Source: Pseudomonadota bacterium (GTDB lineage Bacteria > Myxococcota_A > Polyangia > JAAYKL01). Taken from it: a stretch of DNA of 64,000 bases. Both the position numbers and the translations under genes were made by a program. The notes beneath the pieces are model-generated. The model saw only the letters and a program-made list of their open reading frames with translations. It was not told the DNA's origin and did not search any database. The number at the start of each line of letters is the position of its first letter. The stretch's first letter is position 1. Where the stretch lies: assembly GCA_023229365.1 (NCBI GenBank), contig JALNZK010000014.1, positions 6,970-70,969 of the forward strand, read 5' to 3'. Shown here piece by piece: positions 18,904 through 29,260 of the stretch.

Positions 18904-19383
18904 TTAATATCCATTTCCATTGATAAACATCCTTTTTGGATATATCATCATGAAAAGTCCACGTTTTATCATAAGTTTTGCGTCATCTCCGGTGATTCCC
19001 AATGACATGGGAGATATTATGTCGCATATTTCCAGGTATGACCCTAATGCTGCGATCCTGAATGCTGCTTCTTGGGAATCTAGTGTTGCCCCAATTTCTA
19101 TGTAACTTGGGCCTTGAGAGAGTCGTTTTGGATCGGGGTAGTTGTCTAGGATGTCTATCAGACTTTGTTTATTCCGTTCTGCTTTTTCTACTATTATACC
19201 TACCTTGAATAATCCCACATCTATTTTTAGAATATCGGTATAGTCCGGATCTGATTCGTGTGGCATATTCCAAATTTCAGTTACAGTGAGATCTTTGTAT
19301 TCAATTTGTTCAGATGGTTTTCCGATCCTGAGGCATATAGTTGATTCAGATAATATTTTGTGTAATTTTGTCAGGTCAAACAT
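18904..19383 (-). CDS. hypothetical protein (159 aa)
   Basis: ORF. Confidence 0.45.
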   Translation of the reverse strand: MFDLTKLHKILSESTICLRIGKPSEQIEYKDLTVTEIWNMPHESDPDYTDILKIDVGLFKVGIIVEKAERNKQSLIDILDNYPDPKRLSQGPSYIEIGATLDSQEAAFRIAALGSYLEICDIISPMSLGITGDDAKLMIKRGLFMMIYPKRMFINGNGY

Positions 19384-19507
19384 TGTGTCACCATATTTTG
19401 GAGTTCATCCATATAATGTCGAATATATAAACAGTATTAGTGTTATGATAACCATTAGTAATGCACATATGAGTAGGGCATCATTTAAGTATTGTTCGAT
19501 GTTTCTG

Positions 19508-19759
19508 TTAGACATAATCGCCCTCTTTAGCGTCGTAATACTTTGATCCTTTTATGAACATAGTGTATCCTCGTTTTTTATAGCAGTCTGGCTTCCGTTG
19601 CTTTGGATATTTCCAGTAATCTCTCGGGTAAGCATCACGCGATATTACTTTACACCATACCATTTTGGCATCTTTTAACCTCCAGCATTCCTTGACATTT
19701 AAGTCGTTATTGCCGTTGTAGAAGTTATCTTCACAACATATACAGTGTGCTTTGTTCAT
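19508..19759 (-). CDS. Cys-rich small protein
   Basis: CICCED...C...C. Confidence 0.4.
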   Translation of the reverse strand: MNKAHCICCEDNFYNGNNDLNVKECWRLKDAKMVWCKVISRDAYPRDYWKYPKQRKPDCYKKRGYTMFIKGSKYYDAKEGDYV

Positions 19760-19962
19760 AATGCTATTTCCCCGATTTCATTATCATCAATTGAGTGCTG
19801 TGACTTACGACCATTCCAGCACCATGCATTTGCTCTTATAATTGGGAACCCGTCAATTGAAGGGTTATCTCGCCTGCATTCGATCATATCGTTACAAGTT
19901 ATTTCAAAAACATCACTTGAAAATCTGCATGTTTTACAAGTATATCCTGGATTATCTCCCAT
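19756..19962 (-). CDS. Cys-rich small protein
   Basis: CKTCRF...CNDMIEC. Confidence 0.4.
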   Translation of the reverse strand: MGDNPGYTCKTCRFSSDVFEITCNDMIECRRDNPSIDGFPIIRANAWCWNGRKSQHSIDDNEIGEIAL

Positions 19963-20097
19963 ATCATCACTTCTTTTTTGGCGTTTGCTTCTGTTCTACA
20001 AATATACACCAGATTGGTTTGGTTGATTGGTATGCCGGACACTCCTCCAGGTAACAGGATGTAAAGCCTTTGTATGGACATCGTCTAGTCGAGATAG

Positions 20098-20877
20098 TCA
20101 TGAGAATTGCTTCCTGCCTTGTATAAATCTGGATAATTCTTCAATGTCTCGTTTGTAATAGATGTGGGGTGAATTGCTTATGGTTTCAAGCCACCCGGAT
20201 TCAATTTCATGGGATAACATTGTATTAATGTCATTCACTAGTTTCTGCTGTAGATATGCTAGTGCTATGGCGTTCATCCCCCAGGCAGATAGCATGTCAT
20301 TGGAGCGGAATATGGAAATTAAGTTTAGATGATTTGTTCTATCGATTAGTGCCTGGATTAGTTGGAGACATGGGGGTTCAGATGATATTATGTCAATCTC
20401 TGGAGACCAAGTGATTGCTATGGCTCTTCTACTGTTTGGGGTGTTGATTAGTCGAGTTATTATGCTGAGTTTGAGCTGATTTATTCCCCCTAGATTTCCA
20501 TTGCCAATTTGCCCATCTTCAGTTGGATAATCGCACAATCTGTTACCATAGGTGTATGTTGCGTCAGTGTTGTCGTTTTTTCGCGTTGTAATTGAATACA
20601 TAGATGATTTGTATTGATCTATGAATTTGTCGCCAAACATAGAGTATTGGGATTTCATTGGGGACTGCATTGGATTTTTTATATGAACACAGAGAGGTTG
20701 TTCCAGGTCCCATATGTGTTCGTTGTCTTCGGTTAGTTTATCAATGCCGAGACATGTGTCATGGATAAGATTTACGATGGAATTATGTGCCTCTCCAATT
20801 GTTGATTTTGATAGTAGGATCATGGGATCATTTATTCTCCTCAATTTTGTTGTAATAGTCGACATGTAGTCTAACAA
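20098..20877 (-). CDS. thyA: thymidylate synthase (ThyA) family enzyme. The catalytic Cys sits in PPCL (not PCH) and WSP replaces WNP.
   Basis: NSRRAIAITWSPE, SEPPCLQLIQ, RSNDMLSAWGMNAIALAYL and SPHIYY align with ThyA core motifs. Confidence 0.75.
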   Translation of the reverse strand: MLDYMSTITTKLRRINDPMILLSKSTIGEAHNSIVNLIHDTCLGIDKLTEDNEHIWDLEQPLCVHIKNPMQSPMKSQYSMFGDKFIDQYKSSMYSITTRKNDNTDATYTYGNRLCDYPTEDGQIGNGNLGGINQLKLSIITRLINTPNSRRAIAITWSPEIDIISSEPPCLQLIQALIDRTNHLNLISIFRSNDMLSAWGMNAIALAYLQQKLVNDINTMLSHEIESGWLETISNSPHIYYKRDIEELSRFIQGRKQFS

Positions 20878-21055
20878 AATGTTTAAAATCGTGCTCCAAT
20901 CTAATCACCAGGCTATATAGATATAATAGCATGATAACATATATTATGATAAATGTTACTATGCAAATTAGATATGTGGATTCAGTCATGATCTGTTTCC
21001 GATTTCTTCAGGGAACCCATGCAATTTGATTGCGATAGATTGTCTACACGATCCA

Positions 21056-21073
21056 CTCTCTCTCTCTCTCTCT
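21056..21073. repeat. (CT)9 microsatellite inside coding sequence
   Basis: CTCTCTCTCTCTCTCTCT. Confidence 0.9.
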
Positions 21074-21248
21074 GTATCGTATAATAAAATTGCCTGATAA
21101 AGTGGGCAAAATCCATCAGATTCTCTCCCTCCGAACCAACACGAAGACGATTGCAACTTGTATCCTGCTTTAAGGAGACCATTTACCAGTTCCTCAAATT
21201 TATCACAATCTGAACTTTCTACAACTTTAATTGAGGATGGGGCAATCA

Positions 21249-21740
21249 TTATATATCTTCCTCCCCCGGTTTCTTCAATGATAAAACCCAACCCAATATT
21301 TTAATTCCACATATCCGTGTTGTCGAACGAACTGTTTCATCTGTTTTCATTTCATCTATTTTACTCTGGAGTTTTGCCAATATCCATTCTGGTAGTTCTT
21401 CAGATTTATTGGAGTTTAATAAATTCCATGGATAATCTTCTGGACAAATTTCTTTTCGTTTGGATAATGCCTGGACAAGATCTTCAGTAGAAATGGTGGA
21501 GCCGGGTTTAATGTGCTCATTCCACGCATCGGTTATTTTTTTCTCATTTATACCACAAGGGCATAACACGATAGGTCCTACGTACTGGCATTTGTTACAA
21601 CCGATAAAGAAAATTGTTCCAGGTAATTTAAGTCGAGTTGGATCTTGCGGGTGGAAGCCAATTATCAATCCCACACCGTTACAATCTTCATCTGCATCTC
21701 CTGCTCCACATTCCGGGCAGGGTTCAACATGATATTTCAT
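21249..21740 (-). CDS. Zn-binding hypothetical protein
   Basis: CPECG...C...CNKC...CPC. Confidence 0.45.
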   Translation of the reverse strand: MKYHVEPCPECGAGDADEDCNGVGLIIGFHPQDPTRLKLPGTIFFIGCNKCQYVGPIVLCPCGINEKKITDAWNEHIKPGSTISTEDLVQALSKRKEICPEDYPWNLLNSNKSEELPEWILAKLQSKIDEMKTDETVRSTTRICGIKILGWVLSLKKPGEEDI

Positions 21741-22181
21741 ACTTGTTCACCATTTTACCTTCTGTTAACATCTCTTCAGGCCACCCGCAAAATGGACAAT
21801 GGAGTAATTCTTCAGTCATTTCTTATCACTCTTTGATTAACTCTGTTCGCTATATCTACAATCCAGGGAGTACTCGTTGTGACCTCGATAATAGTCGCAG
21901 TCTTCGCAATATGCTGGATCTTTGTAGTCATCTAACATTGGACACAACACGATTTTCTTAAATGATAGGGATGTCATGATGTAGATTCTCCTGTCATTAT
22001 GTAGATCCGTGTTGTAGTCTTATGCAATCCCACTTTCCGGTGTTGATTTCCCGCCATGCCATACATTCGTTACCTAGGCATTTCACCATGTTGAACTGTG
22101 CAATTAGAATCCTGGGATCTCTGAAAGAACTTGCTGCGACTGGTATGCTCATGAATGGACAGATTTTTTCTTCTGCCATGC

Positions 22182-22487
22182 TTAATCACCATCCAAAAAT
22201 ATATTTGGTAGAAATGTTACGTCTGGTTCGCTCGCAGGAATTAACATACAGTAACCTGGCCTGTAATGACAGCCGTTACCAATTTTCTTGTGATAGTGGG
22301 TGTCACCAAATTTTAGTTCTGGAGACCATGCTCTGCAGATTTCCTCACCCAGAATGCCAACTCGCTGATTTCCAATTCTCCCTTCAGTACAATATAGAAG
22401 ATTTCCCGAAGAAAGAGAGAATGGGCAGATTTTGCTGTTTTCTGTTGTGTCTTCCATTATTTTATCTCCGGGATTAAAGCACGACAT
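22182..22487 (-). CDS. hypothetical protein
   Basis: ORF. Confidence 0.35.
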   Translation of the reverse strand: MSCFNPGDKIMEDTTENSKICPFSLSSGNLLYCTEGRIGNQRVGILGEEICRAWSPELKFGDTHYHKKIGNGCHYRPGYCMLIPASEPDVTFLPNIFLDGD

Positions 22488-23454
22488 ATATCATTATATG
22501 ACAATTTATCATGATGTAGCGGGCATCCTTGTCGTTCTAGCATTTCGACAAGAATCTGATTTAGGTTGTTTGATATGGTGGATGATATCTTGTGGTCCTT
22601 TAGCAGTTCTATGGCCGTTGCCAACTTCAATATAAGTGTTATGTTGTTCATTGTTTTTCCTGTATTTTAACAGTAGATAATGGAAAAATGGGCTTGGGTT
22701 ACTCCCAGGTTAACTATTGGTTTGACCCAATTTGTTAACAATAATAGAATGGTTGTAGAATTGTTCTACAGGGTTGCAGCATTCTGTTTTATAGAGTGCT
22801 GTTTTGTTCTTGATTAATGCCCGGATTAATGTCACACTAATCAGCTTTACCTACCCAGTTACAGCCGCATATAATATGCTGTTAATGCTGTTGCCTGCAT
22901 CATTCCTGGACAGATGTTATTCTGTCGTCATTTGGCAGGGCCGGGTGTGGTTGCCTTGCCTCACGGAACTCATCGGTATAATTACATTTGATGATTTGAC
23001 TATTAAGTGTTTCGGTTTAATATGCAGAAAAAGTAGGTGTTTTGTGGATTTGGTGGAGATATGAGGTGTTGTGTTAATGTTGTTTGATTAACTGCACAGA
23101 CGGTGGGGAGTTAAATTGTAGTTTGTAATTGCAGGTGAGGTGTCCTGGATAACAACAGGGGCGATTTCTGATTTTTTCTGCGCAGATAAAGGCGTTGTGG
23201 AATGGAATGCAGGAAAAACAATGGGGGATCATTGGGGATATAATTGGGTGATATTACATGTTATGTTATTCATTGGATGGTTCGTTGTTTGCATTTTTTA
23301 TTTAGATATGGTCTTGTAATGTTTGCATAGAAGGGCTGCAAATTCCCAGGCGCTTGGATCTGGAGATGAGGTGCCGTTGTCTGATAACATGGCAAATGGA
23401 CATCCTGAGTTGATTTTGGTGCAGATATGTCCAGTGTGTTGATAGTTGTGGTGT

Positions 23455-23724
23455 TTACATGTGGTGTATTGTGTTGTCATTGTTTTTCCTTGGGTTTGTT
23501 GTTAGGCTGCCTGAGTTTAGTAGTCTGGTGAGGTATGAAATTACGTTGTCTTCTATACCGGTGTAGACTGTTGTGGTATTGTTTATAGATAGGGTTACGG
23601 TGTTATGTCCGGTGTGGTTAAGACTGGAAGATAGAATGGATTCTATGATGGGTAGAGAGGTCGGATGTATTGGATATGTCCTGTCTTGGTATGTTAGAGA
23701 TATGTTGGGCGTAATTGTTGTCAT
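23455..23724 (-). CDS. hypothetical Thr/Ser-rich protein
   Basis: ORF. Confidence 0.35.
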   Translation of the reverse strand: MTTITPNISLTYQDRTYPIHPTSLPIIESILSSSLNHTGHNTVTLSINNTTTVYTGIEDNVISYLTRLLNSGSLTTNPRKNNDNTIHHM

Positions 23725-23739
23725 GGGTTATCCGTGTAT

Positions 23740-24066
23740 TTAGTCATCATAAATTTTATTTTCACAATTATAGCAGTGTAATACCAGTGTTATTGCGTCG
23801 TCCATTTCCGTATGTAGTTTACCACCACAGATGGGACAGATAATTTCGCCACACTCTAAACATCTACAACAGTCCATTGGATTCGGATCGTCAATTATTG
23901 CATTACAATTAAAACATTTTATAGTGTGACTTTCTGGAAGCCTCCTTTTTTCTATGTCATAATATTTTATTTTATCAAATTCATTCATTCCCGAATGATT
24001 TTCTCCATGATTCTTATGTGCTCTCATAATAATGCTACGTATCTTGTCTATTATAATTATTGTCAT
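23740..24066 (-). CDS. multi-Cys Zn-finger protein
   Basis: CFNCNAIIDDPNPMDCCRCLECGEIICPICGG. Confidence 0.45.
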   Translation of the reverse strand: MTIIIIDKIRSIIMRAHKNHGENHSGMNEFDKIKYYDIEKRRLPESHTIKCFNCNAIIDDPNPMDCCRCLECGEIICPICGGKLHTEMDDAITLVLHCYNCENKIYDD

Positions 24067-24239
24067 GATTGTTTCAATCTTTGTTTCATTGGATGTTCCT
24101 CTGATACTTGACAGTAACCCACTTCATAATATTATTCCTCAATTTTACGAATGTATTTGTGCATGTCAATACTACACCTAAAATTTGGATAGTTGTCGGA
24201 ATCATCGCAGTTTGATCCTTTTGCCGTGTCTACCATAGT

Positions 24240-24473
24240 CTATTCCACACCCTTCAATTTTCTTTGAACAACTCTATAAATACTACAAATTGACAAAACT
24301 AATTCATCTGGAATTACCAGGATGGGTTCTCCGCAAAATGATGGTTCCCATACAACAAGACCCATGTCTATTAATGCTAAAACTTTATCTTTATCTTCGG
24401 GATTGAACTCTTCAAGCAGTAGTCCTTTACCACTACGATTTTCAATGTATATCTTTAACAATATCTCTATCAT
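24240..24473 (-). CDS. hypothetical protein
   Basis: ORF with ATGA-type overlap to the downstream gene. Confidence 0.4.
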   Translation of the reverse strand: MIEILLKIYIENRSGKGLLLEEFNPEDKDKVLALIDMGLVVWEPSFCGEPILVIPDELVLSICSIYRVVQRKLKGVE

Positions 24474-25270
24474 AGTCTATTCCACCAGTGTTTTTTCGTC
24501 ACGTTTAACCATAGTGTTTTCTTTAGATTTTGTATGGTTTCGTCTTTGGCTGCTATAAATTCCGTTAATTGTTTGTTATGGATGGTAAGCGCTTCGATTT
24601 TCGTACTTTGATCTTCAGTTGTCCACTCTCTTCGGTCTTCTTTTTTGGCATAAACTGTCAACATTTGATTATAGGATTTTATCTCATCATCTAATTTGGT
24701 ATTTAGTTCTTGTATGGTGTTATCGCGATCCGATAATATTTTCTTTAGTGCTTGTATGGTGTTATCCTTGGCTACCATCATTATGCTGTCTGCTGATGCA
24801 ATGCTATGTATTTTGGAGTTTAGATGCTGTATGGTTGCATGTCGTGATTCTATGCAGGCATTGAGTTCATGTATTGCCCGACATGCTGAATACATGTGGC
24901 AGTCAGCATTACAATTGCTGTTGTAGTTGTTGTAGTTGTGGCATTCGGGAATTAGACTTCTTGCAGTTGTCGTGCTAGTGGATTTGGCTGCATGATATGC
25001 GTCTCTATATTTGTTGAGAGACTGGGTTAGTGATTTCACTTCGATCTGTTGTATGTGAATCCTGGTGCACATGTTGTAGTGTTTGCATTTAACTTTGCAA
25101 TTGCTGTTGTAGTTCTGATAAGTGTTGCATTTGGATGGCTTTGTAATGGTGCCTGTTGTTGTTTTAGGATGTTCTATGGTAGTCCCGCATTGTTTGGCTG
25201 ACTTTGTCGTGTGCTTTGATTCTTTGCATTTGTTGCATTTGGTTTTTGGTATGGTGCTCTTGTGTTGCAT
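24470..25270 (-). CDS. repeat-containing protein with duplicated Cys/Asn-rich modules and a coiled-coil
   Basis: YNNYNSNCKVKCKHYNMCTRIH versus YNNYNSNCNADCHMYSACRAIH, and KDNTIQALKKIL versus KDETIQNLKKTL. Confidence 0.45.
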   Translation of the reverse strand: MQHKSTIPKTKCNKCKESKHTTKSAKQCGTTIEHPKTTTGTITKPSKCNTYQNYNSNCKVKCKHYNMCTRIHIQQIEVKSLTQSLNKYRDAYHAAKSTSTTTARSLIPECHNYNNYNSNCNADCHMYSACRAIHELNACIESRHATIQHLNSKIHSIASADSIMMVAKDNTIQALKKILSDRDNTIQELNTKLDDEIKSYNQMLTVYAKKEDRREWTTEDQSTKIEALTIHNKQLTEFIAAKDETIQNLKKTLWLNVTKKHWWNRL

Positions 25271-25299
25271 ATGATTACCTCAGGTCGTGGAATGGATTA

Positions 25300-27100
25300 A
25301 ATCATCTATTTCTTTTTTCCTAGCAGCATATCTATCCATAGCCACAGGACTCCCTGCACATATGAAATAGTGTATGCAGGATATGTTACGGCATTTTCCA
25401 TCATGAATATATGATGAACATGGCTCATACATATGCTAATGATTGCGTTCTGTTGTATTTAATGCTGTGGTTTTCGGTAGGAGATGACGGATTTGGTGAA
25501 TTGAATGGTGAATTATGAAATGCGGTGGGTGATAAGTTTTGGGGCAATTTTGAGGTTATTGTGAGATGAGTTGATGCGCTGTTTAAATATGGTTAGGGAA
25601 TTGTGGCAAGTGGCTTGCCATTAGGTATTTAATTGTTTTGAATGGTGTTATATATGTATTAGGTTCAATCCTTACAACAACACTGATAAAATAGTAATAA
25701 GATTTGGTATAATTAATTCTCTTTTCAACTCAAAAATGATAATGTAATGATGTTCTGTATAATTTTTTATTTGGTTTTTACCTTATTGGGTTAATTGTCA
25801 TGATAGATCATGTGGGATATGATTGGGGGATAGTTTGGGCTTTGTTTCCGGTTAATGTTTTTTGGTGGGATATACTGGGTTAATTTTTTGATTGCGGCTT
25901 AATTATGCCTGATGTATTATATGGTAACACTGCAATATAAGTAAAATGAAGGAATCGAAAAAAGGGTTATTGGCAAAAGGAGAGCATACCTTTATCCGAT
26001 TGCGCCTCATTACTGCCAGGGATTCAAAATCGTTAGCCAAAACGTTAATATCAGTTTCCTTCTATTCTATCCTGACCGATAGGTTTATGTTGTGGTAATT
26101 TTGTCCGGAAATGAGGGTTAAGTGGGCGGCGAAAACACAAATATAACATGTAGTGGTACAAAAGTTGAGATTTAGTTTAAAAAATATGAAAAAAAGTTTA
26201 ACACTAATTTTTTTTTAGTGTGATTTTGTTATACTTTTGAATCGGGGTTCAATTTGGCTTTAATATTAATACTTTTATTTAAATATGGTTTATTTAATGA
26301 TTTATGGAGCGCACACGCATCGTGATGAAGCCGGATATCGATTTATCTACGTTGGTTTTGTAATATAGTTTGTGATGGATAAAATAGGCGCGAGTCTGGC
26401 GTGGTGTTGCGCGTGTGGAAAATGGTTGGATAGATGCTAACTCAATGTTTTTTGAGTTAAGTTAAGTTTTGTTTTCGCTTATTTGATACCGCACTTTTTT
26501 GAGAAAATTTCAATTTTTGTAGTATTTATATGTTTGGGATGATTTCGGAAAATGTAGAATCGTGATAGATTTGTGCTACTAATTCAATTTTATATTCTAC
26601 TGATGATTTAAATCTGGATTGGTGAAATAAGTGAGATACGGATGCAACTAGTTGCAACTGGCAGAATGGGCTTGGATTGAAATAAGGACAGAATGGGCGT
26701 ATTTTCCAGTGGAAATAGTGGGAGTGTGACGTTAATTATAGGTCGGAATGATGAATAAGCAGTGTATATGCCGTTTCTTGACTTGTCCGGACTGGTTGAC
26801 AACTATTTTGGGGCTGATTTGGGCTTGGTTTTTATTTTTGATTTAAAGCCGCGCTAATGTAAAACATGGCTGGATTGGTTTAACTTATAAAGCATGGCTA
26901 TTGCTGGGGTAGATTGAAGAATGCGGCTTTAGCGCGTTAGCTATCGCTATAATAATTGCGCAAACTGGTTTTTGATGAATCAGGTGGTGTTAAGTATATA
27001 TACTTAACAAAATTGCAGTAACACTTATACCAATTGGTATTAGTGTAGTGTGTTAATAATTTGTGTATTTTTTTTACTGTCGTATTATTTGATTAAAAAA
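25300..27100. promoter_or_regulatory. 1.8-kb non-coding region and candidate replication origin or control region
   Basis: No ORFs. G+T skew on the plus strand. AT-rich core about 26160-26310. Perfect palindromes GTTAAGTATATATACTTAAC (about 26993-27012), ATACCAATTGGTAT (about 27028-27041) and GCAACTAGTTGC (about 26644-26655). Direct repeat GGTGAATTGAATGGTGAATT (about 25496). Confidence 0.4.
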
Positions 27101-27103
27101 TTG

Positions 27104-27310
27104 TTATCTGAAGGATCTTGTCCACTGGTATAACCTAGTGAGTGATGTGTTTACCTCCACAATCTTTTTATGTATTGAAATTAGGCTGTCAATACGACTC
27201 CTATTCATTTTTCCGTCACAATTACACTTTATTTGTGATATAATTGTGCTCGACTTCTCAAACTCCTGTTCGATCTCCTCAAACAGGTAGTCCTCTATGA
27301 TTGTCCTCAT
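27104..27310 (-). CDS. small hypothetical protein
   Basis: ATGA overlap with the upstream gene. Confidence 0.4.
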   Translation of the reverse strand: MRTIIEDYLFEEIEQEFEKSSTIISQIKCNCDGKMNRSRIDSLISIHKKIVEVNTSLTRLYQWTRSFR

Positions 27311-28035
27311 TGTATAATTCCAATAAGTTTTAAATACTTGGCCTCATCGCTTTTCAGCAACTCATTGACCACTTTTGGCTTATGTTTTTGTTCTCCATAA
27401 CAACGCTTACATAGCCTGCATGCACCAATACAATTGATATTTATGTCATTTTCAATTGCAAAGTCTGCTGTGAATATGTTGAATGATGCCCGCGACAGTG
27501 GATGCCTGTCGAAGTCCACATCGTTTATCATCGGGTTAGAATGAACAAACGTGTAGTTTGAGGGCATTTTGCTTTCAACTCTCTCAATTATGTCTGGATT
27601 TTTAGTCCACGATGTACATGTTGCATAGTTTACAACAGAACATATGGCAAAATCCACAAGAACATCTCGTTCGTCCTGATAATCTCCATTCCAATTAGAT
27701 CTCCAAGTAAGATCATTATTTAAATGAAAGACAGGAGGATGATCATATACATCTTCCGGGGACAGATCTCGGTTGCGTTGTAGTGCCTGTCCAACAGCAG
27801 GATATATTTGATTTATCCGTGTTGCATAGCACTTTTGGCAAATACATCCTGGTATTTCGTGTCTGGGTTGACATCTGTCGGTCATCGGCCGACCAATTGC
27901 ACGCTTTCCAAACATCTTCCCGGTCATCGTGCTCCAATGAACGCACCCAAGGTCATCAAAAAGTTTCTCCTTTGGGAGGATGTTATAGATGTTCTTCTTG
28001 AGAGCAACCTCTCTACTAATTATGGTTGTTTTCAT
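27307..28035 (-). CDS. Cys-rich protein, possibly the phage Gp37/Gp68 (DUF5131)-like family. Start at MKTTIIS after the GGAGAAGAA leader.
   Basis: PGCICQKCYA resembles the GCxxCYA signature. C-terminal CIGACRLCKRCYG. Low-confidence family call. Confidence 0.45.
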   Translation of the reverse strand: MKTTIISREVALKKNIYNILPKEKLFDDLGCVHWSTMTGKMFGKRAIGRPMTDRCQPRHEIPGCICQKCYATRINQIYPAVGQALQRNRDLSPEDVYDHPPVFHLNNDLTWRSNWNGDYQDERDVLVDFAICSVVNYATCTSWTKNPDIIERVESKMPSNYTFVHSNPMINDVDFDRHPLSRASFNIFTADFAIENDININCIGACRLCKRCYGEQKHKPKVVNELLKSDEAKYLKLIGIIQ

Positions 28036-28115
28036 TTCTTCTCCTGGGATCAGAATTAACCTCATTTCCCAAGAGAGTCCTATTTTTGGAGCAATGAACC
28101 AAAAAATAAGAGAAT

Positions 28116-28364
28116 TTATCGATCTACTACAACTAAAGGTGCTGCCATACACGCAGCATCTTCAAATCTGTAGTGAACGACATCAGAACCAGATGTTATA
28201 AGAACAGTTTCTCCACAGTATGGACATATACTGTGAGCATTGCAGTCTGTAGTGCCATGTGCATATACCCAAAATGTTATATTATAGGCTTTTGTTATCA
28301 ATCCATACTGGCAGCTTGGGCATAAAACTGCCCCGGCACCATATATTTCTATTTCTTCTTTCAT
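28116..28364 (-). CDS. Zn-ribbon protein
   Basis: CPSCQ...CPYCG. Confidence 0.45.
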   Translation of the reverse strand: MKEEIEIYGAGAVLCPSCQYGLITKAYNITFWVYAHGTTDCNAHSICPYCGETVLITSGSDVVHYRFEDAACMAAPLVVVDR

Positions 28365-28633
28365 GTTTTCTTCTCCAGTAGGCTCAGAATTAACCTCATT
28401 GCCAAAAGTTATTCAACAACTATACAATAGGATACAAATTGATAGTATCCATGGGATTAGAACCAAAATGGTTGTGGTGTGGTTTTTCATATAATTTGAT
28501 CGTTATCCCTTAACCTTACTTGACAAGCCATAAGGTATTTCATGATCTGTTCCGATGTATCGATGTTCAATGCTTCTTCTGGCGAATTGGCCTCAACATC
28601 GGCGTAACTGTGGTAATAGATTCTAAATCTCAT

Positions 28634-28759
28634 TTAATCAACGCTCCAGTCAAATTCATTGTCGCAGTTGTGACAGATGAAGTGGATGTAACCAGATCCA
28701 CAGCTGGTGTCTTCTAGGTTCTCATCTTCTCCGCAATAAGGACATGTTAATCTAATCAT
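28634..28759 (-). CDS. 41-aa Zn-ribbon protein (MIRLTCPYCGED...CHNCDNEF)
   Basis: ATGA overlap with the radC-like stop. Followed by a further 48-aa ORF. Confidence 0.3.
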   Translation of the reverse strand: MIRLTCPYCGEDENLEDTSCGSGYIHFICHNCDNEFDWSVD

Positions 28760-29196
28760 ATGCATCCTAGTCTTCTTAACGATGCTATCCCTGCCTTTGC
28801 CACTATTATGTGGTCTAGCAGTTCTATTCCAATAATCTTACCAGCATTGACAATCTGCTTGGTAACTTCTATGTCTGCACTGCTTGGTGTGAGACAGTTG
28901 CTTGGGTGATTATGCACAATAATTATGCTGTGTGCATTATCCATTATTGCTTCCCGGAATACCTCACGTGGGTGGACCAATGAATGATTCATCAATCCTT
29001 TGGTAATGATTCTGCACCTGATAACCTTTGAATCAGCACCAAGAGTCAGTACCAAGACGTGCTCCTGTTTTTGTCCAGATATCCTGGATACCTGCTTATA
29101 TGCCAGGATATCTTCAGGAGATACAATAGTTCTCCTGCTGTCTGCCGTGTATTCTGACCTTACGGCTTCATACACAGCCTTACAGATGTTTTCCAT
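28756..29196 (-). CDS. RadC-like JAB/MPN domain protein
   Basis: IIIVHNHPSNCLTPSSADIEVTKQI matches the RadC HNHPSG...PS..D JAMM motif. Confidence 0.8.
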   Translation of the reverse strand: MENICKAVYEAVRSEYTADSRRTIVSPEDILAYKQVSRISGQKQEHVLVLTLGADSKVIRCRIITKGLMNHSLVHPREVFREAIMDNAHSIIIVHNHPSNCLTPSSADIEVTKQIVNAGKIIGIELLDHIIVAKAGIASLRRLGCI

Positions 29197-29250
29197 TTCT
29201 TTTCTTCTCCAGTGGATAGGATTGATTACCTATCCAGATCCGGGAAAAAT
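29197..29250 (-). promoter_or_regulatory. promoter/leader unit with inverted repeat TGGATAGG/CCTATCCA before CTGGAGAAGAAAAGAA-ATG
   Basis: Read directly. Confidence 0.5.
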
Positions 29251-29260
29251 AGAAGGAGGA

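Noticed and set aside
22804-23064. Plus-strand ORF 22804..23064 as a real gene
   Set aside because: It is the lone plus-strand ORF in a minus-strand block, with low-complexity hydrophobic translation and no RBS.
25300-27100. CRISPR array in the long non-coding region
   Set aside because: There are no regularly spaced direct repeats of 25-40 bp, only scattered short repeats and palindromes.
28365-28633. Additional 48-aa and 25-aa minus-strand ORFs between 28364 and 28634
   Set aside because: They are possible given the ATGA chaining, but too short and motif-free to call.
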